From Actinomycetota bacterium (GTDB taxonomy: Bacteria; Actinomycetota; UBA4738; HRBIN12), in NCBI GenBank assembly GCA_035696925.1, contig DASSDW010000264.1, positions 1 to 48,272 of the forward strand: a stretch of 48,272 bases of DNA, in the 5' to 3' direction. The notes under the pieces are model-generated. The model was given only the letters and a program-made list of their open reading frames with translations. It ran no database searches and was not told where the DNA came from. Both the position numbers and the translations under genes were made by a program. Shown here one piece after another: positions 16,829-25,592 of the stretch (the first letter of the stretch is position 1; every line of letters starts with the position of its first letter).

Positions 16829-17995
16829 TCACACCCTCGAGATGATCGCCGCGAGCAGAGCGGTGCGCGGCACGATGCTCGTGAGGTCCACCCACTCGGC
16901 CGGCCCGTGATCGTCTCCGCCGATGGGACCGAGGCCGTCGATCGTCGGCGTACCGGCCGAGCTCGTCGTGTTCGCGTCGGAGGCGCCGCCCGTGGCCGCA
17001 TCGCGGAGCTCGAAGCCGAGCTCCGATGCGGCCCCGACGGCGATGTCCACGAGGCGGCTGCCCCCCTCACCCTTCTCCATCGGCCGATGCCAGCCGTGGG
17101 CGTCGATCGTGATCCGCACATCGGGGACCGCCGGGTCGCTGCAGATCCGCTGCACCTCCGCCTCCGCCTCCTCGAGCGCCGCGAGCTCGGGCGACCGGAG
17201 GTCGACGTGGAGCTCGCATCGCTCGGCGACGACATTCGAACGGGTTCCGCCCCGGACCACTCCGACGTTCGACGTCACCCCCGGCCAGCGGTCGTTGAGG
17301 CCCTGGAGCGCCAGGATCGTGTGTGCGGCCTGGAGGATCGCGTTGCGGCCTTTCTCGGGCTCGACGCCTGCGTGCGCCGCCTTGCCTTCGATCGTGATCG
17401 TGAAGTCGGTGATCCCCTTGCGCGAGCTGACGATGTCGCCGTTCGCGCGAGCTCCCTCGAGCACGAGCGCGACGTCGTGGGCCGGGGCCAGCTCACGGAT
17501 GACCGGCCCCGAGAAGGGCGATCCGATCTCCTCATCCGGATTGCACACGTAGGTGACGGTGCCGAAGCCGTCGAAGCCGACGTCCTGCAGCACGTGCGTG
17601 GCGAAGAATCCCGCCAGCAGACCGGCTTTCATGTCCGAGACGCCGGGGCCGCGGGCGATGTCGCCATCGATCGAGAACGGACGCTCGGCCACGGTGCCGT
17701 CGTCGAAGACCGTGTCCATGTGACCCACGAGGAGCACGTCCGGGCCGCCGGCGCCCCGGAGGGTCCCGATGACGAGATCGCCGAGCTCCCCGTCGTGCGG
17801 CCGCCGATCGACCTCCCAGCCGTGATCGAGGAACCGGCGCTCGCAGAGGTCCGCGATCCGGTTGACGCCCTCCGGCGAGTACGAGCCGCAGTCGACGTTG
17901 ACCATCGTTTCGAGCACGTCGAGGAACTCCGGGTACCTGGACTCGGCTCGGTCGCGGAGCGTCTGGGCATCCATGGGCGACGCCGACGCTAGCAT
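16829..17995 (-). CDS. M20 family metallopeptidase (carboxypeptidase G2 / ArgE-DapE-like)
   Basis: LLVGHMDTVF and ARGPGVSDMKAGL are typical M20 metal and catalytic motifs. An alternative start is the ATG at 17974 (MDAQTL). Confidence 0.85.
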   Translation of the reverse strand: MLASASPMDAQTLRDRAESRYPEFLDVLETMVNVDCGSYSPEGVNRIADLCERRFLDHGWEVDRRPHDGELGDLVIGTLRGAGGPDVLLVGHMDTVFDDGTVAERPFSIDGDIARGPGVSDMKAGLLAGFFATHVLQDVGFDGFGTVTYVCNPDEEIGSPFSGPVIRELAPAHDVALVLEGARANGDIVSSRKGITDFTITIEGKAAHAGVEPEKGRNAILQAAHTILALQGLNDRWPGVTSNVGVVRGGTRSNVVAERCELHVDLRSPELAALEEAEAEVQRICSDPAVPDVRITIDAHGWHRPMEKGEGGSRLVDIAVGAASELGFELRDAATGGASDANTTSSAGTPTIDGLGPIGGDDHGPAEWVDLTSIVPRTALLAAIISRV

Positions 17996-18023
17996 GAGCC
18001 GCTCGCAGCGAGAGGGACAGACG

Positions 18024-19133
18024 GTGACGCGAGAGGCGATCGGCGCGGTGGTGGACGCGATCGGCAGTGAGGTCCGTATCGAGGATCTCGCGATCGACGC
18101 GCCGGAAGCCGGCGAGGTCCTCGTGCGTCTCGTGGCGAGCGGCGTCTGTCACTCCGACCTGTGGGCGATCGAGCACGGGAACTGGGGAGCGCCGTTCCCG
18201 ATGCTCCTCGGCCACGAGGGAGCCGGCATCGTCGAGGAGGTGGGCGAGAGCGTGGACACGCCGCGTGTAGGCGACCCCGTCGTGCTGGCATGGGCGGTCC
18301 CGTGCGGCACGTGCGGACCGTGTCGGCGCGGCGTACCTCGTCGCTGCTCGCACGCGTGGCAGCAGCCTCCCCGCGTCCACCGGGCGCGGGACGCTGCGCC
18401 GCTCGCCGGGACCCTCTCGCTCGGCACGCTCGCCTCGCACACCGTGGTCCACGCGGCGCAAGCGATCCCGATGCCGCCAGAGCTCCCGCTGCGGAGCGCG
18501 TGCCTCCTCGGCTGCGGCGTCTCCACGGGGGTCGGTGCGGCGATCCAGACGGCGAAGGTGTGGCCCGGCGCCCGCGTGGCGGTGATCGGCCTGGGTGGGA
18601 TCGGTCTCGCGGCGCTACAGGGGGCGAGGATCGCGGGCGCGGAGCGATTGATCGCCGTGGACGTCGCCGCCCCGAAGCTCGCCTGGGCGGAGCGGTTCGG
18701 TGCGACGGACACGGTCGACGCCTCCGCCATCGACGCGGTGGCTGCGGTTCGCGAGCTCACGCATGGCGACGGCGTCGACTTCGCGTTCGAAGCGACCGGC
18801 GTCCCCACCGTCGTATCGCAGGCCGTGGCGATGCTCGACTACGCGGGGATCGCGGTCGCGATCGGCGTGCCGCCGATCCCCGCCGAGGTCACGCTGTCGT
18901 GGAACGGCACCGAGGATGCCGCCTACCCTCGGAAGACGTCGCTCCTGATCACGGACGGCGGCGATCCGATCCCGTCGGAGGACTTCCCGGAGATGGCCGG
19001 CTGGGCACTCGATGGCCGCCTGGACCTCGACGGGATGGTGACGCGCGAGCTCGGCCTCACCGATCTCGACGAGGCGTTCCGCGCGATGCTCGCCGGCGAG
19101 GTGGTCCGCTCCGTCGTGGTGTTCGATCCGTGA
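18024..19133 (+). CDS. Zinc-dependent alcohol dehydrogenase family (class III-like)
   Basis: GVCHSDLW, LGHEGAGIVEEVG, CGTCGPCRRG (structural zinc), VIGLGGIGL (Rossmann). The GTG at 18024 gives an N-terminus of the usual length. In-frame ATGs at 17994 and 17973 are alternatives. Confidence 0.85.
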   Translation: MTREAIGAVVDAIGSEVRIEDLAIDAPEAGEVLVRLVASGVCHSDLWAIEHGNWGAPFPMLLGHEGAGIVEEVGESVDTPRVGDPVVLAWAVPCGTCGPCRRGVPRRCSHAWQQPPRVHRARDAAPLAGTLSLGTLASHTVVHAAQAIPMPPELPLRSACLLGCGVSTGVGAAIQTAKVWPGARVAVIGLGGIGLAALQGARIAGAERLIAVDVAAPKLAWAERFGATDTVDASAIDAVAAVRELTHGDGVDFAFEATGVPTVVSQAVAMLDYAGIAVAIGVPPIPAEVTLSWNGTEDAAYPRKTSLLITDGGDPIPSEDFPEMAGWALDGRLDLDGMVTRELGLTDLDEAFRAMLAGEVVRSVVVFDP

Positions 19134-19828
19134 CCGAGGCCCTCAGCAGCGAGCGAGCCCTTCGCGGCGACCTGAACATCTGGTGGAAGCTCGGCGTGCC
19201 GATCGCCGAGCTGATCGTGCGCGCGCTGTTCCGCGTCCGCGTCGCCGGTATCCACTACGTGCCGCTGGATGGCCCGGCGATCCTCGCGTTCGTGCACGTC
19301 AGCGTCCTCGACGGACCGAGTCTCGCGGCCGAGGTCGCATGGCGGCGCCGACGGACCGTGCGCTTCCTGGTCGCCGCCGAGATCTTCGACGTCCCCGTGA
19401 GCGGGTGGTTCCTCCGTCGGTACCGTCAGATCCCCGTGCGTCGCGGCAAGAGCGACGCCGGCGCGCTCGACGAGGTGATCGACACGATCCGCAGCGGCGC
19501 GGTCGCGGCGATCGCGCCGGAGGGAACCGTGAACCTCGCGCCCGGCGAGCTCCAGCGGATCCGGAGCGGGATCGCACGCATCGCGCTCCCCACCGGCGCT
19601 CCCGTGATCCCGGTGGGGATCTGGGGAACGCAGCGTCGATGGTCGCGGGCCGGCCGGCACTGGGGACGTCCCCTCCGACCTCGGCTCGGCTTCGCGTTCG
19701 GGCCGACGATCGAACCGAGCGGCGACGCGTCCGTCCAGGAGGACATCGACGCCTTCGTGACACGCGTCCGCGAGGCGCTCGAGCGCCAGCTGGCCGAAGC
19801 GCGCTCGCTGGCGGGTGATCCCGCCTGA
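19130..19828 (+). CDS. Lysophospholipid (1-acyl-sn-glycerol-3-phosphate) acyltransferase family protein
   Basis: GTGA overlap with the ADH stop. HX4D motif in FVHVSVLDG. IAPEGT block and IPVGIWG block. Confidence 0.85.
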   Translation: MTEALSSERALRGDLNIWWKLGVPIAELIVRALFRVRVAGIHYVPLDGPAILAFVHVSVLDGPSLAAEVAWRRRRTVRFLVAAEIFDVPVSGWFLRRYRQIPVRRGKSDAGALDEVIDTIRSGAVAAIAPEGTVNLAPGELQRIRSGIARIALPTGAPVIPVGIWGTQRRWSRAGRHWGRPLRPRLGFAFGPTIEPSGDASVQEDIDAFVTRVREALERQLAEARSLAGDPA

Positions 19829-21096
19829 GCGGAACGGCCTCGCGCGACGACCGCTACCGGCGCAAGCTCCTCCGACTCCTGTCGTCGGCGACGTTCTTCG
19901 AGGGCTACGACACCTTCGTCCTGTCGTTCGTACTGGCGCTCGTACTCGTCGATCTCGGCGGCACGGAGGCGCAAGCCGGAGCGATCCGGGCGATCGTGGG
20001 GCTCGGTGCAGCCGTCGGCTTCCTCCTGTCCGCGCAGGCCGACCGGATCGGCAGGCGGCGCCTCCTGTTGATCACGATCGTCGGCTACACGGCCTGCGCA
20101 GCGCTCACGGCGCTCTCACCGAACCTCGCGTTCCTCACGGGCGCGCAGTTCCTCTCGCAGATCTTCCTGGCGTCCGAGTGGGCCGTCGCGATCACGATCG
20201 TGACCGAGGAGTTCCCGCGAGAGGAGCGTGGTCGAGCCCTGGGGATCGTGACGTCGATGAACACGCTCGGCGGGATCGCCGTCGGTCTCCTCGCGTTCGT
20301 CTTCAGCGCGCTCCCGTTCGACGTGCCCTGGCGCGCCTACTACGTGCTGGCCCTCGTCCCGCTCGTGATCGTCACGATCGGGCGCCGCTCGATGCTCGAA
20401 ACGGAGCGGTACGCCGCGGTGCGGTCGAGCGAGGGTTTCGCCCGCCTCAACCACACCGGACTGCTCGAGCCGTGGAAGCCGGCGTTCCGCTCCGACGTGC
20501 TCGCCGTGGGGCTCGTCACGTTCTTCCGTCATGCCGTCGCGGCGGCAGCCGCCTTCTGGTGGGCCTACTACGCCCAACAGGAGGTCGGGATGTCCGTCTC
20601 CACCTCCGGTCTCTATCTCGCCGCGGCCGGTGTCTTGGGCGCGGTCGGGTTCATCGTGGCGGGTCGGCTGATGGACCGGTACGGGCGCAAGCCGGTCTTC
20701 CTCGCGTACATGGTCGGCACGCTCGTGTTCGGGACGTGGCTGTTCCAGATCCGCGATCCCGGGTTGATGCTTCCTGTGCTCTGCCTCGCGATCTTCTTCG
20801 GCCTCGGATCCGTCGCCGTGACCTCGGCCTTCGCCACCGAGCCGTTCCCGACGTACGTGCGGAGTCGCGCGGCGGCATGGTGCAGGAACGCGTTCGAGAT
20901 CCCGGGCGGCATCGTCGCGCCGCTCGCCGTCGGGCTCTTGGGAGACCACGTGTCCGGGCCGATCGGATCGATCGGTGATGCGATGTCCCTCACCACGGTG
21001 GCGCTGATCGTCCCGACGATCTGGATCGCGTGGCGATTCGTGCCCGAGACGAGGGACGCGAACCTGATCGCGATGGACGAGGCGGTGACGGCGTGA
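19825..21096 (+). CDS. MFS transporter (N-terminus extended beyond the track ORF; probable CTG start)
   Basis: Track ORF 19996..21096 starts inside TM1/TM2. The same frame is open back to 19819 and encodes YRRKLLRLLSSATFFEGYDTFVLSFVLALVL, a typical MFS N-terminus. The only near-cognate starts there are CTG 19825 and ACG 19834. Confidence 0.75.
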   Translation: MSGTASRDDRYRRKLLRLLSSATFFEGYDTFVLSFVLALVLVDLGGTEAQAGAIRAIVGLGAAVGFLLSAQADRIGRRRLLLITIVGYTACAALTALSPNLAFLTGAQFLSQIFLASEWAVAITIVTEEFPREERGRALGIVTSMNTLGGIAVGLLAFVFSALPFDVPWRAYYVLALVPLVIVTIGRRSMLETERYAAVRSSEGFARLNHTGLLEPWKPAFRSDVLAVGLVTFFRHAVAAAAAFWWAYYAQQEVGMSVSTSGLYLAAAGVLGAVGFIVAGRLMDRYGRKPVFLAYMVGTLVFGTWLFQIRDPGLMLPVLCLAIFFGLGSVAVTSAFATEPFPTYVRSRAAAWCRNAFEIPGGIVAPLAVGLLGDHVSGPIGSIGDAMSLTTVALIVPTIWIAWRFVPETRDANLIAMDEAVTA

Positions 21097-21605
21097 GGCG
21101 TGCCGTCATCGCGGCCGCACTGGCGACCTTGGTGTTGTCCGCCTGCGCGGGCCACGAACGACCGGAGGGGATCGTGGAGCGATGGCTGCTCGCGCTCAAC
21201 CAGGGGACTGCGGGCGAGCCGGATCGTCACGCGCCGAACGCAGCATCCGAAGAGGTTCTGCCCGGATGGGAGCACCTCGATCCGGGCGAGCTCGACGTCG
21301 TCGAGGTGGCCCGGGCCAGCACGCCTCGCGGGTATACGTGCGCAGAGGGGACGTCGATCGTCCCCTTCCGCGTGGTTCGGCTCGATGGATCGCAGCTCCG
21401 ATCCGCCGCCTGCGTGGCTGGCACCCGCGTGACACAGCTCACGGACCGGGTCGGGTCCACCGATCCCAGCTTCCCCTCGGAAGGCGGGCCACCGATCCAG
21501 GACGGGCGCGCCGGCGTCTGGGGCATCGCCATCGGTGTCGGCGCCCTGCTCGTGCTCGTCGGCGAGGCGCTCATGAGGGTCGCCCGCAGTCACACTCGTG
21601 ATTAG
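21093..21605 (+). CDS. Lipoprotein with a C-terminal TM helix; unknown function
   Basis: GTGA overlap with the MFS stop. (M)RRAVIAAALATLVLSAC contains a lipobox. C-terminal helix VWGIAIGVGALLVLVGEAL. Confidence 0.6.
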   Translation: MRRAVIAAALATLVLSACAGHERPEGIVERWLLALNQGTAGEPDRHAPNAASEEVLPGWEHLDPGELDVVEVARASTPRGYTCAEGTSIVPFRVVRLDGSQLRSAACVAGTRVTQLTDRVGSTDPSFPSEGGPPIQDGRAGVWGIAIGVGALLVLVGEALMRVARSHTRD

Positions 21606-21652
21606 GTCCCGAGCGGGCGGGGTAGGAAGCGGGTTGGAGGTGGTACTCCGTG

Positions 21653-21949
21653 ATGAGCCCATGGGCATATCCCGAGAATCGCTACTACTACGAGTGGTAC
21701 GCCGAAGAGTCAGGCGACGAGCGCTCGGACGGTGAGATCAAGCAGGATCTCCTGGATCAGATCCGCACCGGTCCTTACGCCGACCAGTACGACATCGATG
21801 TGGACGTGAAGAAGGGCGTCGTGATCCTGACGGGGACCGCCAGCACGACCGTCGCGAAGCGGGCGGCGGGCGACGACGCCTGGGACACCCGCGGGGTGAC
21901 CGACGTCAGCAACCAGATCCAGGTCCGGAGCACCATCCCGGTCGCCTGA
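21653..21949 (+). CDS. BON domain protein
   Basis: RBS GGAGGTGG. DGEIKQDLLDQIRTGPYADQYDIDVDVKKGVVILTGTASTTVAKRAAGDDAWDTRGVTDVSNQIQV is a canonical BON domain. A GTG at 21650 is an alternative start. Confidence 0.8.
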   Translation: MSPWAYPENRYYYEWYAEESGDERSDGEIKQDLLDQIRTGPYADQYDIDVDVKKGVVILTGTASTTVAKRAAGDDAWDTRGVTDVSNQIQVRSTIPVA

Positions 21950-21968
21950 GGCTTTCAGCGCACAAGAA

Positions 21969-21995
21969 GAGGCGGGCTCCGAAGGAGCCCGCCTC
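21969..21995. terminator. Bidirectional stem-loop between convergent genes
   Basis: GAGGCGGGCTCC-gaa-GGAGCCCGCCTC, a 12-bp perfect stem, between the BON gene (+) and the sigma factor gene (-). Confidence 0.6.
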
Positions 21996-22020
21996 GATCG
22001 TGTGCGAGTTTTCCGGCGAC

Positions 22021-22956
22021 CTAGCCGCCCAGCGCCACGCCCGTGATCAGGTTCGAGTCGCGGAGCTTCCGGAGCGCCTCGCGCTCGATCAAACGTACCC
22101 GCTCACCCGACAGCCCGAGCACCTTCCCGGTCTCCCGGAGCGACAGCGGCTGCCCGTTCTCGAGCCCGTACCGGAGCGCGACGACGTGACGCTCGCGCTC
22201 GTCCAGCACCTTGTCGACCGCCCCGCCGATCTCTTCGCGGAGCAGCTGGTCCTCGACCTCGGCGAAACCTGCCTCGGAGTCGATCTCCTCGATCAGGTCG
22301 CCCAGCTCGGTGTCCTCGCCGACCGGTGACTGGAGGGAGAGCGGCTCGCGCCGGCCCATCTCGGTCAGGTCGTCGATCTCATCGACGGTGGTATCGAGGG
22401 CCTTCGCCAGCTCCTCGCGGGAGGGCTCGCGGCCCATCGACTGCGCGAACTGGAACCGGGTGCGGTTCAGCTTCCGGAGCCGGTCGTGGATGTGGACGGG
22501 CAGGCGGATCGACCGCGAGCGGTCTGCGATCGCCCGCGTGATGCCCTGGCGGATCCACCACGTGGCGTAGGTCGAGAACTTGAAGCCTCGGCGCCAGTCG
22601 AACAGCTCCACGGCTCGCATCAGGCCGATGTTGCCCTCCTGGATCAGATCGAGGAGAGGCAGACCCTGGCCCTGGTACTTCCGGGCCACGGAGACGACCA
22701 ACCGAAGGTTCGCCATGATGAAACGCTGACGCGCGGCCTCGGCCGTGCGGATGTCACGGCGGGCCTTCGCGATGCTCTTCTCGGACCGGAGACGGCCTGC
22801 ACGGAGACGGTCCTCGGCCTCCTTCCCCGCCTCGATCGTCATGGCGAGCTCGACCTCTTCTTCCTTCGTGAGCAGCGGCTCTCGAGCCGCCGCCTCGAGG
22901 TAGAGGCGCAGGTCATCAGCGTCGTCGGTCCCGAGGGGACGCGCCGGCTCAGGCAA
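22021..22956 (-). CDS. RNA polymerase sigma-70 family factor, group 2-like (SigB/HrdD-like; no region 1.1)
   Basis: [40 protein letters not shown] (region 2), IRLPVH (region 3), and region 4 [32 protein letters not shown] start with GAGGAG 11 nt upstream. Confidence 0.9.
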   Translation of the reverse strand: MPEPARPLGTDDADDLRLYLEAAAREPLLTKEEEVELAMTIEAGKEAEDRLRAGRLRSEKSIAKARRDIRTAEAARQRFIMANLRLVVSVARKYQGQGLPLLDLIQEGNIGLMRAVELFDWRRGFKFSTYATWWIRQGITRAIADRSRSIRLPVHIHDRLRKLNRTRFQFAQSMGREPSREELAKALDTTVDEIDDLTEMGRREPLSLQSPVGEDTELGDLIEEIDSEAGFAEVEDQLLREEIGGAVDKVLDERERHVVALRYGLENGQPLSLRETGKVLGLSGERVRLIEREALRKLRDSNLITGVALGG

Positions 22957-23304
22957 TTCTTCTCACTCTCCTCACTCGGTCCTGCTCACTTGGGTCCGTA
23001 CCCCGTCCGAGGGAGCCGTACCCGTCTCTGTTGTCCATCCGAGCGACCACGTAGGCAAAGTGGACTAGGCGTCCTCCCCGGTCGCTCGATCCCATGGTAG
23101 GGGCCCCCCCCGTTCCTGTAAAGCCGGGCCCGTGTGGCGGTTCTGTGAACAATGACTGCCGCGCACGGGTTGCCGCGCCCGTTGGCTTTCGATACCCGCG
23201 ACTTTCAACGCCAAACGCCGCTCGGAGATTTCCCCGGTCCGCACGGATCCTGACCTCGGGTCACCCTCCGTGGTGCTCGGCGGGGAGCCGGATACGCTTC
23301 AGCC

Positions 23305-24189
23305 GTGCGCCTCCCGGAACTCAGATCGGTCGACCTCGGCGGACCGGTGGCGTACCGAACGTGGGACGGACCCGTCGATACGGCATTCGTGCTCATGCAC
23401 GGCCTCGGGGCCTCACACCTCTCCTGGGTCCAGGTGGCGGAGGGCCTCTCGGGGCTGGGGCGCGTGGTGGCGCTCGACCTGCCCGGCTTCGGCACCTCTC
23501 CCTTGGCCGGCCGAGGGGCGGGATTGATGGATCAACGTCGGGTGCTCTCGGACGTGCTCGGTTGGATCGATGCTTCCCGGGTCGTCCTGTGCGGGAACTC
23601 GATGGGAGGAGCGACGTCGATCCTGCAGGCAGCGGTCGAGCCCTCCTCCGCGGACGGCATCGTGCTCACGAACAGCGTGTTCCCATGGAGGCTCGGGGCC
23701 GTCCCGCACCCGCTGGTGCTGGCCGCCTTCGGGGTCTACGCGACGCCTCGGCTCGGGGAAGCGGCGGTGTCGTGGCGCGTGCGGGAGATGGATCCCGATC
23801 AGCTGGTGCGCCTAAGCCTCCGGGTGCTCGCAGCGGATCCGCGATCGATCCCCGACGACGTCGTGCGGCTCCTGGTCGACCTCGCCTCCGAGCGACGGGA
23901 CGATCCAGATGTCCCCCGTGCCTTCATCGAGGCGGCCCGGTCGATGCTCCGGCTGGGGCGCCGCCCCCACGTGTCGCGCCGTGCGTTGGAGCACGTGTCG
24001 TGTCCGGTCCTGCTCATCCACGGCCGCCGGGACCGCCTGGTACCCGTGGCGTTCGCCGAGGCAGAGCTGGCACGTCACCCCGCGTGGCGAGGACGATTCT
24101 TCAACGATCTCGGACACATCCCGCAGATGGAGGCCCCCGGACGGTGGCTCGCGGAGGTCGCCGACTGGTTCGCGGACACGTACGACTAG
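23305..24189 (+). CDS. Alpha/beta hydrolase
   Basis: FVLMHGLG (oxyanion region) and GNSMGG nucleophile elbow. GTG start with a weak RBS. Confidence 0.8.
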   Translation: MRLPELRSVDLGGPVAYRTWDGPVDTAFVLMHGLGASHLSWVQVAEGLSGLGRVVALDLPGFGTSPLAGRGAGLMDQRRVLSDVLGWIDASRVVLCGNSMGGATSILQAAVEPSSADGIVLTNSVFPWRLGAVPHPLVLAAFGVYATPRLGEAAVSWRVREMDPDQLVRLSLRVLAADPRSIPDDVVRLLVDLASERRDDPDVPRAFIEAARSMLRLGRRPHVSRRALEHVSCPVLLIHGRRDRLVPVAFAEAELARHPAWRGRFFNDLGHIPQMEAPGRWLAEVADWFADTYD

Positions 24190-25568
24190 ATCCCCGCGAC
24201 CTCGGCCAGACGGTCCACCTCGGACTCCACGCTGCGGGCGAGCACCTCGATGTCCGGGATCCGGTCCCAGTCGGCGGTGAGACCGAACGCCATCGTGCCT
24301 GCCGCCGACGTGCAGGCCACCGACAGCCCGCAGTCCTCCTTGAGGTTCATCGCCGGGTAGCTCGCCTGCAGCGGCGCCCCGGCGAAGTAGAGCGGCAGCT
24401 GCGGCGCGGGGATGTTCGAGACGACGAGGTTGCACCACCGCGCCTGTGCGATCAGGCGGGCCGCCGCCGCGTGGAGCGCCGGAGGCGCGAACGCACCGAG
24501 ACCGATGATCGTGTCGGCGCCGACAGCCATGCCGGAGTCCTTGATCCGGGCGGCGGCGGCTCGGACGCGCCGGAGGCGCGTCCGCGCCCCCATCCGCCCC
24601 ACCGGCACGTCCACGAAGACGGGCGCCACCCGATTGCCGATGTCGCCGCCGTCGCCGGGCGAGCGCACGGAGACGGGCACCATCGCCCGGAGCGACCGGC
24701 CCTGCGTGGACTCACCCCTGCTCTCGAGCAGCGCGTGGACGCCTCCCGCGACGGCCGCGAGGACGACATCGTTCACGGTGCCGCCGAGCGACTCCTTGAT
24801 CCCCCGGAACACCGCGAAAGGTCGCTCGGCCGTCGCGAAGCGGCGGTTGGGACCGACCCTCCCGTCGAACGGCCCGCGAGGCGCCGTCCCCATCCCCGCG
24901 ACCGTGCGGAGCGCATCCGCCGTCGCGGACACGGTTTCGGCCACGATGCGCGGCTGGCGTGCGACGTGGACGAGGCTCTGGATCGGATGGAGGACCGCCT
25001 CCTCGACCGCGTCGCGGATCAGGTCCTGCATCGGCGGCACCGGCTCGGCTGACCACGCCCCGTCCGGCTCGCCCGTCGGCGCGTCGGCGGTCAGATCGAA
25101 CAGTGCCGACGCGATCATCATGTTCCCGATCCCGTCCGCCATCGCGTGATGGATCTTCAGCAGGATCGCCGTCCGATCCTCCGAGAGGTCCTCGAACACG
25201 TAGAGCTCCCACAGCGGCTTCGTTCGGTCGAGCGGGCGGGACAGCACGCGACCCACGGCCCGTTCGAGCTCGAACCGTCCGCCCGGGGCGGGGACGGATG
25301 CCCGGCGCAGGTGGAAGTCGAGGTCGAACCGGTCGTCGTCGATCCACACGGGCCGGGAGAGGTTGCCGGGAACCGACCGCAGCTTCCGGCGCAGCCGTGG
25401 AGCCAGGCGGAGCCGAGCCTCCACGACCCGCTCCACGTCGTCGTAGGTGAGGAGCGAACCGTCCGCACGCGCCGCGAAGATCGAGAGTCCGGCGACGTGC
25501 ATGTGCACGCCGGGTTTCTCGAGGTAGAGGAAGCTCGCGTCGAGCCCCGACAATCGCTCCGCGGGCAT
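24186..25568 (-). CDS. Wax ester synthase / diacylglycerol acyltransferase (WS/DGAT)
   Basis: The N-terminus LSGLDASFLYLE and the catalytic motif HHAMADG (HHxxxDG) are the hallmarks of the family. Confidence 0.9.
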   Translation of the reverse strand: MPAERLSGLDASFLYLEKPGVHMHVAGLSIFAARADGSLLTYDDVERVVEARLRLAPRLRRKLRSVPGNLSRPVWIDDDRFDLDFHLRRASVPAPGGRFELERAVGRVLSRPLDRTKPLWELYVFEDLSEDRTAILLKIHHAMADGIGNMMIASALFDLTADAPTGEPDGAWSAEPVPPMQDLIRDAVEEAVLHPIQSLVHVARQPRIVAETVSATADALRTVAGMGTAPRGPFDGRVGPNRRFATAERPFAVFRGIKESLGGTVNDVVLAAVAGGVHALLESRGESTQGRSLRAMVPVSVRSPGDGGDIGNRVAPVFVDVPVGRMGARTRLRRVRAAAARIKDSGMAVGADTIIGLGAFAPPALHAAAARLIAQARWCNLVVSNIPAPQLPLYFAGAPLQASYPAMNLKEDCGLSVACTSAAGTMAFGLTADWDRIPDIEVLARSVESEVDRLAEVAGI

Positions 25569-25592
25569 CCGCCCATGCTAGGGTCCGCCGCG

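Noticed and set aside
18161-19129. N-terminal 320 codons of the 555-aa ORF 18161..19828
   Set aside because: This part is an out-of-frame overlap of the ADH gene and is Arg/Gly-rich. Only the part from GTG 19130, which forms a GTGA junction, shows acyltransferase motifs.
23100-23111. GGGGCCCCCCCC homopolymer run as a phase-variation switch
   Set aside because: It is intergenic, not obviously placed within a promoter spacer or ORF, and such runs occur by chance at about 70% GC. It is mentioned only within the sigma-leader finding.
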